Shown here in pieces: positions 52,780 through 60,547 of a DNA stretch of 64,000 nucleotides. Under the pieces are notes generated by a model. That model was not told where the DNA came from. It ran no database searches and saw nothing but the letters and a program-made list of their open reading frames with translations. The DNA comes from an uncultured Bacteroidales bacterium (GTDB lineage Bacteria > Bacteroidota > Bacteroidia > Bacteroidales > VadinHA17): positions 143,863-207,862 of the forward strand of contig CAWJVS010000030.1 in NCBI GenBank assembly GCA_963846335.1. The letters run 5' to 3'. The position numbers and the translations under genes were made by a program. Each line of letters begins with the position of its first letter. Position 1 is the first letter of the stretch.

Positions 52780-52987
52780 AGACTGCTTTTAAGTGTACTA
52801 TTCAATTAGTTATAATTTTTTCACTGCCTGTAAAATATCACATTTTGTGTATCATTATCTTTATTACTATATTTGCAATAAATAATGGTAAAAATAACCA
52901 ATTATAATAATATATATGATAATAAGCTTTCAAAAGATTATTAAATGTCATTTAATATAAAATAAGAATAATATAATGTAATATCAT

Positions 52988-54079
52988 ATGAGGAAAAATG
53001 TCTTAATGTTGACTATGTCGGTTTTATTCACGATTTTAACCTGCGGATTATACAGCCAGACTGCGGGCAGAGGGAAAGTTGCGGTGATACAGGCATCTGC
53101 TCTGCCAAACCAGGATCTCTTTATGGTTGATTATGATCCTGTAAAAGTGCGTTCAGGAGTGTCGGTCCATCTTGATAAACTGCTCGGTCTGTTTGAGAAG
53201 GCAGGAGAGATGGGAGCCGACCTTGTGTGCGGGCCGGAAGATATGCAGAATATAGGTTCCTACGGTCTTTATGTTGATGTAATTGATAAGGAGACGGGCA
53301 AAATTTTATTTAATTCACTTGCCGTTAAGGTGCCCGGTGAACTTACCGGCAGGATATCGGCGATCGCACGCAAATACGGGATGTATATTATTGCTCCGAT
53401 ATATGAAGAGGAGGGGGGAAAGATCTTCAACAGCGCCGTGGTATTCGATCGTAACGGCGAGATTATGGGAAAACATCATAAGACTCTCCTTCCCATTATG
53501 GAAACATGGCTTGTATCGACCGGTGACAAGTATGAGGTTTTCAAGACCGATTTTTGCAAGTTTGCCGTTGCCACCTGCTGGGAAATATCTTATCCTGAAA
53601 TTTCAACAATTTATGCGCTCAACGGAGCAGATATAATATTTAACCCAACGATGGCTCCTGATAACAAGCCTGGAAAGAGCCTCAGCACAGCTCCCATGTT
53701 TATTACCAGGGCAAGAGACAATTCCGTTTATATTGCTCCTGTTGTCCTCGGAAAAGACGGAAACGGAATAATAGATTTTGACGGCAATGTGGTTGCTGAA
53801 GCGATAGGGAAGGAGAATTCCGTAATTATGGCTGAAATTGACTTCTCAAAAGAAAGGATAAATGACAGCCAGTGGTGGAGATCCATTAATGGTACAGATA
53901 ATATTAAGGCTATGCATCTCAAATCAAGAAGACCTGAAACATACAGGATGCTCACAGAACCTAATCCGCCGGCACTCGAAAAGTATAAGGATATCCGTCT
54001 GACTACAGGTGATAAGGATCGTCAGTTAAAAGCAGTCAGGGATGTTGATTATGGTCCTGATGCCGGGGGGAAGAAGTAA
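52988..54079 (+). CDS. Secreted carbon-nitrogen hydrolase (nitrilase superfamily)
   Basis: 363 aa. Signal MRKNVLMLTMSVLFTILTCGLYSQ. E-K-C triad contexts: CGPEDM, GKHHKTLLP and AVATCWEISYPE. Confidence 0.8.
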   Translation: MRKNVLMLTMSVLFTILTCGLYSQTAGRGKVAVIQASALPNQDLFMVDYDPVKVRSGVSVHLDKLLGLFEKAGEMGADLVCGPEDMQNIGSYGLYVDVIDKETGKILFNSLAVKVPGELTGRISAIARKYGMYIIAPIYEEEGGKIFNSAVVFDRNGEIMGKHHKTLLPIMETWLVSTGDKYEVFKTDFCKFAVATCWEISYPEISTIYALNGADIIFNPTMAPDNKPGKSLSTAPMFITRARDNSVYIAPVVLGKDGNGIIDFDGNVVAEAIGKENSVIMAEIDFSKERINDSQWWRSINGTDNIKAMHLKSRRPETYRMLTEPNPPALEKYKDIRLTTGDKDRQLKAVRDVDYGPDAGGKK

Positions 54080-54125
54080 AAAGGCAAAAGGACTTTAATG
54101 TTGAAATTAAGTTAGTTCATGAAAT

Positions 54126-54394
54126 TCTCCCCTCCTTTTGAAGGAGGGGCGGCCGCAGTACAATGATGGTCAAAATGTTGCAAAGTATGTTTGCGGCCGG
54201 GGTGGTTGATTTCTTTTTCAGATCGGTTCTTCTTTATTATTGATAACTATCCTTTCTGATGAAGAGGTTTTTGTATATAATAGATATAAAGGTAAAAAAA
54301 TGGATTAAATCAACCACCCCGGCCGGGAAATGAATTTTGTAAACATCAGATAATCAATTGTCCCGGCCACCCCTCCTTGAAAAAGGAGGGGAGA
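54126..54394. repeat. Nested-palindrome, MITE-like element (about 269 bp)
   Basis: The ends TCTCCCCTCCTTTTGAAGGAGGGGCGGCCG (54126..) and CCGGCCACCCCTCCTTGAAAAAGGAGGGGAGA (..54394) are inverted copies, and each holds a 9-bp hairpin CCCCTCCTT/AAGGAGGGG. Inner stem CGGCCGCA/TGCGGCCG (54150..54157 / 54192..54199). A 19-nt inverted repeat CGGCCGGGGTGGTTGATTT (54194..54212) / AAATCAACCACCCCGGCCG (54307..54325) flanks a 94-nt AT-rich core. Confidence 0.45.
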
Positions 54395-54469
54395 CTTTTT
54401 GTAATCTCTGTATTTGCAATACTACCCTTAAGTTGACGGCTAAGGGGTTAGGGGTGGGTTTATAAGGCA

Positions 54470-54504
54470 GTATGTAGTATGTAGTATGTAGTATGTAGTA
54501 TGTA
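54470..54504. repeat. Perfect tandem heptamer (GTATGTA) x5, then degenerate copies
   Basis: Read directly. It ends 45 nt upstream of ATG 54550. Confidence 0.95.
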
Positions 54505-54549
54505 ATAGTAGGCAGTAGGTAATTAGATAGAATAAAACACATTGAAAAT

Positions 54550-56742
54550 ATGACTAAGAAACTAATCAGCAGAAATTTAACTTTCTTTTTGATTCTTGCC
54601 GGCGCAATTTTATCCGGAGTATTCAATAATTTCGTCAGCCAGTGAATTGTCTGATATGGGATTGAATGTAATACCTTACCCAAGGCAGGTAAAAGCAGTC
54701 GGAAATAATTTTTCGTTTCGGAAAGGAATTGACTGTGGTGCTCGATAAAGCACCATTCTGTATCAGACCAGTTTGCAGCTGATGAATTGATCAGCGATCT
54801 GAAAACAGGAATTTAATGTTAATGCTGTAATCGGCACAAAGGGAACATCACCGGCTGTAGTGCTTACCCGACAGAGAGCTTCAGGAAATCTTGAGAGACC
54901 AGGGTTACATGATTGATCACCATCGGAGAAAAAGAATTGGTTATACAGGCAAAAGGAGAAGCCGGTTTGTTTTATGGCAGCCAGACCTTGCTCCAGCTTA
55001 TCCTGAAGGATCGAAAACAGGTCTTTAAGGTTCCCGGATTAGATATAACTGACTGGCCTGATATTCAGCAACGTGCAATTCACTATGATACCAAGCACCA
55101 TCAGGATAAAACCTCCTACGTAAAATCTTTTATCAAGGATCTTTCAAGATATAAGGTCAATATGCTGGTATGGGAATGGGAAGATAAGTTTCTCTATCCC
55201 AGTCATCCCGAAATAGGTGCGCCGGGTGCTTTCACAATGAAAGAGATGCAGGAATTCACCAGGTATGCCAAACAATACCATATTCAGATAGTTCCTCTTG
55301 TACAGGGACTTGGTCATGTAAGTTTTATTCTGAAATGGCCTCAATATAAGCATTTAAGGGAAATTGAATCTTCTAACTGGGAGTTCTGCCCTCTTAAAGA
55401 CGGAAGCTATGATCTGCTTTTTGATCTATGGAAGGATGCAATGGAAGCAACACCAGGATCAGAATATATTCATATAGGTTCAGATGAAACATATGAACTT
55501 GCAGCCTGTGAAAAATGCAGGACTAAATCAGATGAAATCGGCAAAAGCGGCCTGTACCAGTTGTTTATCAACAGGGCAGCAGATTATCTCAGACCAAAAG
55601 GAAGGAAAGTGATGGCATGGGAAACACCAATGGGTTGGAAGATAGGCGAATCTCCTGCAAAGGGAATTGAACCGGTAAAAGGACTGGTCTTTACTGAGAG
55701 CTATGATTATGAAACTCCTGATCTTACTTACGTTAACCAGGCAAAGGCTCTTGGTTTCGAGGTATTTGCCTATGATCCAAACCCTGGTGTTGTGCCTCTG
55801 ATGGTTCCGTATGATTTTGAAAAGGGAGAAGCGGACGAAATGAGAACAGGGAGCCTCGAAAAGTCATACCTGTTTTTATCTCCTGCAGCCAAATCCGGAT
55901 CATTTGACGGCATGATATGTACTTCCTGGGATGACGATGGCCTGCATAACCAGATGTGGATGATGCATTTCGTGAATGCAGCAGCCTGGTCATGGAATGG
56001 CAGTGCTCCATCTCTCGATGAATTCAGGGAATCATTCTTTCAGAATTACTATGGAAACGAAGCAAGCGGGATGAATGAGCTTTACAGGCTTCTGAACGAA
56101 GGGGCATATTATTATGCGGGAACTATGGAACGAAATGTCTGGCATTACGGAGAGATCGGACAGACACATCTTCCGGACCTTCCCAGAGGTGATGCACTGG
56201 AGTACGATCCGTTCTGGAATACCCAATATAAAGGAAAAGTCAGTCAGTCAGTGGAAATGTTAACTAAAATGGATCAGGCTCTCAGGATAATAGAGCAAAA
56301 CAGAAAAGCCGGTGTCAGGAATGCTTACGATTTTGAGATATTTCGTACTACTGCCGAGCTGGTGAAACACACCTGTCTTACATATATTGACCTGTCAAAC
56401 CTGGAATTTACTATCAGGGAGGCTCATGTCAGCAGGTTTGCTGATTGTTTCTCAGCTGTAAACAGTCTTGTGAGAGCGCAGAATATTATTGATTCCAGCC
56501 TTCAAAGACGTGAAAAAGTTTATTCTGACCTTGTTAAAACCTATGAGGCAACAAGGCTGCCCAAAGGAATGTCAACCGACGAGAAGAAGTATTTCTGGCA
56601 GCAGGACCGTGCACGTCATTTTGCCTTCCGCCGGCCCGATATGTCTTTTCTTATTTATGATGAACAATTGCTTGACATGGAAGGATATCTTGTGAAATTA
56701 AAAAACTATACCGAATTTTTAAAAAGCATCTGTATAAATTAG
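54550..56742 (+). pseudogene. GH20-like hexosaminidase-family protein (paralogue B); 5' 370 nt disrupted by about 6 frame changes, remainder intact
   Basis: The signal peptide MTKKLISRNLTFFLILAGAILSG and the pieces GLNVIPYPRQVKAVGNNFSF, SVSDQFAADELISDLKTG, FNVNAVIGTKGTSPAVVLTR and DQGYMI lie in alternating frames. From 54913 a clean 609-aa ORF runs with ITDWPDIQQRAIHYDTKH, NMLVWEWEDKF and HIGSDETY. Confidence 0.65.
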
Positions 56743-56754
56743 TTATTTCACAAT

Positions 56755-57486
56755 CTACCATTCAATAATCCTTGGCTTTGGCTTGACAACAATGATATTC
56801 ATTTCGTCAAAGATTTCATAGGCAGTTGATATACCTGAAGGTGCCTGGATAACTGAATTTCCAGTTGAATCAAGCAGGCTCATTCCAGTTATTTCAGGCT
56901 TCACCGAATTACCATAAACCGCTTCAACTTCAGCTCTGAAAACCAATGCAGGCTGTCCAGTCTTAAATTCATCAGCAGTCTTCTTTACTTCATCATATTC
57001 CGGATAGGATTCATTGAAATCACCTGCAAGGTTGACCTCAATCCAGCAGATCCAGCTGCTTCCGGGAGCAACCCTGACCCTTGTGCTAAAGTAACCGGGC
57101 TTCGGAGTTGCTCCGGTGATTGTAAGCTTCTCCGGTATTTTGTTTCTGAGCAGATCCTGTGTTTTTTGTTCTGTCTCATTCACATCGAACCACTTTGGAA
57201 GGGCAACAGGAACCGATGTTTTTCCTTCCCAGTCACCAAGCCCTGCACGGTTAGTCACAAAAATAGTCTTTGTTAATCCTGTTTCAGGCTCTTCCAGCCA
57301 GATGGCGAAGGTGGGCGACTCACCGAAAACTGATTGCCGTACAAGTTTATCATTAATGTGAATCCGGAACTCCAGTTCAGTTTTGTTCCATGTTCTCGCG
57401 AAAGCATAGATTATCAGGCATCCGGTAATAATTACTCCCGTTAACAGGGTAATCAGAACTTTCCTCTTTGTCAGTTTTATCCTCAT
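56755..57486 (-). CDS. N-terminally membrane-anchored hypothetical protein (possibly DUF2271-like)
   Basis: 243 aa. TM helix VLITLLTGVIITGCLIIYAF. The segments SPTFAIWLEEPETGLTKTIFV and ITGATPKPG resemble DUF2271 signatures from memory. It lies 7 nt downstream of the oxidoreductase gene. Confidence 0.4.
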   Translation of the reverse strand: MRIKLTKRKVLITLLTGVIITGCLIIYAFARTWNKTELEFRIHINDKLVRQSVFGESPTFAIWLEEPETGLTKTIFVTNRAGLGDWEGKTSVPVALPKWFDVNETEQKTQDLLRNKIPEKLTITGATPKPGYFSTRVRVAPGSSWICWIEVNLAGDFNESYPEYDEVKKTADEFKTGQPALVFRAEVEAVYGNSVKPEITGMSLLDSTGNSVIQAPSGISTAYEIFDEMNIIVVKPKPRIIEW

Positions 57487-57493
57487 AAAAAAA

Positions 57494-58930
57494 TCAAACT
57501 TCTTTTTTTATTTCAAATCCTTCACGGTATGATAGCTGGCTCATGGCTGCAGCATTATTGTCATTCATAATTGCTTCATATTCAGGAGAGAATAGCAATT
57601 GCCTGTTACCGGCGCGGTATGACAGATTGGCAAGATGTATCATTACAGAACTCTTGTGTCCTTCCACGATATTACCGTTAGGCTGGTTTCTGGTCCGGAT
57701 ACAATCGATATAATTCAGGATATGTGCTTTCAGTGGGAATATTCCTTTGTCCTGGGTAACAAGCTTTTCATCTTTATCAAAAACCTGCCAGCCTCCACCC
57801 ATACGTCCTACATACATCATTCTTTTTGTTCCGAGGATATCAATCCTGGTCGAATTCTGCATCCATTTCGGGTAAATTTCCCCAAACCTGACATCTGCTC
57901 CTTCTTTTTGCATATAAGGTGTACATTCACCTGTCTCCAGGGTGAGAACGAAATTGCCATAATCGAAAGTTGACATCTGGTAATCTGGAATTTCTCTTTT
58001 ATCATTGAAGAAGTATCTGCCTCCGGCACAATAAACTGATCTGGGAAAATCAGGATTGCCAAGTATAAGTCTGGCCATATCAAGCTGGTGAATTGAACCT
58101 CCCGAGGTAACCGGTCCGCCAGAATAGTCCCAGTAATAAGCCCATGATTTGTTCCGGGATATATTGTAAGGTACTTTTGGAGCAGGACCAAGCCACATAT
58201 CCCAGTCGATTGTCTCGGGCGGATCACTGTTCTCTTTTTCATTGAACGGAACAGGACCATCGAGTAATTCCCTGACATGAACCGAGACAATATCGCCAAG
58301 TTCCCCGCTCTTAATATAGTCCCTTGCAGTCAGTGCATAATCTGCACTGCGGTTCTGAGTTCCGCACTGTACAATCCGCTCATATTTCATTGCAGCCTTT
58401 ATCATTTGCTGACCTTCAAAGATGGAACGGGAGACGGTTTTCTCGACATACACATCCTTACCAGCCTGACAGGCCCAGATTGTTCCCAGGGCATGCCAGT
58501 GTTCAGGTGTTTCGATGAAGACTCCATCGACTTCCTTATCATCATAGACTGTTCGCATATCTCTTACTGCAACCGGCCTGAATCCCTGAATTTTCTCGAT
58601 CTCTGCAATGGCATAACCACCGCGTGTATCATCCACATCACAGACATATTTAATCAAAATGTTTTCACCTGATTTCGCAGCTTCCAGGATCAGGTTAGAG
58701 CCCCACGAACCGGCACCTATCAGGGCCGTTATAACTTTGTCACTGGGTGCTTTGCCTTTCCCTGACTGAAATGTTGTTTTTATGGTTTGCCTGTAGTCCG
58801 GGATTTCTTTAGGAGCCTCTGTTCCCTGGTCTGCTGCATTAGTGTTATTGTTAAAGGATTTACATGCAGTTGCAAGCGATATACCAGCAGCTCCGGTCGA
58901 TGCAAGCTGGAAAAATCTTCTTCTTTTCAT
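57494..58930 (-). CDS. TAT-exported Gfo/Idh/MocA-family oxidoreductase (paralogue A)
   Basis: TAT/lipoprotein-like leader MKRRRFFQLASTGAAGISLATAC at internal ATG 58930. Rossmann motif ALIGAGSWGSNLI. Motif ETPEHWH...DVYVEKT. About three quarters of residues are identical by eye to the gene at 59095..60534. Confidence 0.85.
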   Translation of the reverse strand: MKRRRFFQLASTGAAGISLATACKSFNNNTNAADQGTEAPKEIPDYRQTIKTTFQSGKGKAPSDKVITALIGAGSWGSNLILEAAKSGENILIKYVCDVDDTRGGYAIAEIEKIQGFRPVAVRDMRTVYDDKEVDGVFIETPEHWHALGTIWACQAGKDVYVEKTVSRSIFEGQQMIKAAMKYERIVQCGTQNRSADYALTARDYIKSGELGDIVSVHVRELLDGPVPFNEKENSDPPETIDWDMWLGPAPKVPYNISRNKSWAYYWDYSGGPVTSGGSIHQLDMARLILGNPDFPRSVYCAGGRYFFNDKREIPDYQMSTFDYGNFVLTLETGECTPYMQKEGADVRFGEIYPKWMQNSTRIDILGTKRMMYVGRMGGGWQVFDKDEKLVTQDKGIFPLKAHILNYIDCIRTRNQPNGNIVEGHKSSVMIHLANLSYRAGNRQLLFSPEYEAIMNDNNAAAMSQLSYREGFEIKKEV

Positions 58931-58987
58931 TTTTTTATTTTTAATATTTTCTACTCCGGAATCAAATTTGTGTAAGTGAAAGCCTGA

Positions 58988-59059
58988 GTTGGCAGTTGGC
59001 AAAAAGCAGTTGGCAATACTTTTGAAAATTTTGCCAACTGCGCACTGCCAATTGCCAAC
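58988..59059. repeat. Long imperfect inverted repeat built from GTTGGCA words, between the two oxidoreductase paralogues
   Basis: Arms GTTGGCAGTTGGCAAAAAGCAGTTGGCAA (58988..59016) and TTGCCAACTGCGCACTGCCAATTGCCAAC (59031..59059). The inner 10 bp CAGTTGGCAA/TTGCCAACTG are perfect. The spacer is 14 nt. Confidence 0.85.
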
Positions 59060-59094
59060 TTATAATATTCCATTAAAATTAAGTTGACATTACA

Positions 59095-60534
59095 TCAGAC
59101 ATCCTTAAAAATCTCAAATCCTTTGCGATAGCGTGGCTGAGCCAGGGCAATTGCCGTGCTGTCATTCAGAATGGTTTCTGTTTCAGGGGAAATGATAAGC
59201 TGCTTTTTGCCTGACCGATAGGACAGGTTTGCCATATGGATCAGGGCAGCGCTTTTATGGCCTTCAACAATATTTCCATTGGGTTGCTTCCTTGATCGCA
59301 TGCATTCAAAGAAATTTCTTAGATGAGCATCCAGAGGATAAATGCTTTTATCACTGGCAACAAGCTTTTCATCTTTATCATACACCTGCCATCCTCCACC
59401 CATTACACCCAGATACATCATTCTTTCCGTACCGTATATCTCTATTTTAGTTGCATTTTGCTGCCATCGGGGAAATCCCTTTCCATACCGGATTTCCTCA
59501 CTTGTTTTTTTCAGATATCGGCTAAATTCGCCTCCCTGCAAAGTCATTACAAAATTGCCGAAATCATAAGTAGCTAACTGATAATCAGGAATATCTCTTT
59601 TGTCATTAAACAGATACCTTCCTCCCGTGCAATATACTGATTCAGGAAAGCCCGGGTTATCCAATGCCAGGCGCAGCATATCCACCTGGTGAATTACACC
59701 CTGTCCAAAAGCATATCCTCCGGCATAATCCCAGTAGTACTGCCACGATTTGTTCCGTGAAACATTATATGGTACTTTCGGGGCCGGTCCAAGCCACAAA
59801 TCCCAGTCTATTGTGTCAGGGGTTTCGGAATCTGCTTTTTCGTTGAAGGGGACCGGACCGTCCGTAAGCTCGATTGCTGATACTGTAACAACCTGACCCA
59901 GTCCGCCGCCTTTTATATAATCTCTTGCCGTAAGTGCATAGTCAGCGCTTCTGTTCAATGTGCCACACTGTACGATTCGTTCATATTTCATGGCAGCTTC
60001 GATCATTTTCTGCCCTTCATATATTGAATGTGAGATACACTTTTCAACATAGACATCTTTGCCTGCCTGGCATGCCCATACGGTAGCAAGTCCATGCCAG
60101 TGTTCGGGCGTTGCAATAAAAACACCGTCCACCTCCCTGTCATCGAAGATCTTTCGCATATCCCTGACAGATTCGGGCCTGAAACCCTGTATTTTACCAA
60201 GTTCCTCGATGGCCCGCCCACCCCTTGTATCATCCACATCACATACGTATTTGACCCTTATATTCTCATTCAGTCCGGCTGCTCTGGTTATTATATGGGT
60301 CCCCCATCCGCCCGCACCAATCAGAGCCAGTACAAGTGCATCATTTGCAGATCTGGTGGTTGAGGGAGCAAAACCGGATTTCAGATTATTACGATATGGA
60401 GGGATTTCATCCTTAACCGGATTAATAACTGAATCACTACCCGGCTTATTGGAGTTTTTTTGCTTACAGGATCCGCTTAGGGCCAGACCTGCAGCACCAT
60501 ATGATATTGCCTGAAAAAATTTCCTTCGTTTCAT
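59095..60534 (-). CDS. TAT-exported Gfo/Idh/MocA-family oxidoreductase (paralogue B)
   Basis: 479 aa. Leader MKRRKFFQAISYGAAGLALSGSC. Rossmann motif ALIGAGGWGTHII. Motif ATPEHWH...DVYVEKC. Confidence 0.85.
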   Translation of the reverse strand: MKRRKFFQAISYGAAGLALSGSCKQKNSNKPGSDSVINPVKDEIPPYRNNLKSGFAPSTTRSANDALVLALIGAGGWGTHIITRAAGLNENIRVKYVCDVDDTRGGRAIEELGKIQGFRPESVRDMRKIFDDREVDGVFIATPEHWHGLATVWACQAGKDVYVEKCISHSIYEGQKMIEAAMKYERIVQCGTLNRSADYALTARDYIKGGGLGQVVTVSAIELTDGPVPFNEKADSETPDTIDWDLWLGPAPKVPYNVSRNKSWQYYWDYAGGYAFGQGVIHQVDMLRLALDNPGFPESVYCTGGRYLFNDKRDIPDYQLATYDFGNFVMTLQGGEFSRYLKKTSEEIRYGKGFPRWQQNATKIEIYGTERMMYLGVMGGGWQVYDKDEKLVASDKSIYPLDAHLRNFFECMRSRKQPNGNIVEGHKSAALIHMANLSYRSGKKQLIISPETETILNDSTAIALAQPRYRKGFEIFKDV

Positions 60535-60547
60535 ATAATTGTGCTTT

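Noticed and set aside
54354-54683. 109-aa minus-strand ORF spanning the repeat region
   Set aside because: It reads through the heptamer array (giving YYILHTTYYIL) and through hairpin arms. It overlaps the plus-strand signal peptide of GH20-like B. I judge it non-coding.
58931-59002. 24-codon upstream extension of oxidoreductase A (MPTANSGFHL...)
   Set aside because: It runs into the GTTGGCA repeat region. The paralogue starts directly with the MKRRKFF leader, so ATG 58930 is the better start.
58988-59059. Sigma-54 type promoter (TGGCA...TTGC) within the GTTGGCA repeats
   Set aside because: No TGGCAC-N5-TTGC spacing is satisfied on either strand. The resemblance is limited to the TGGCA word.
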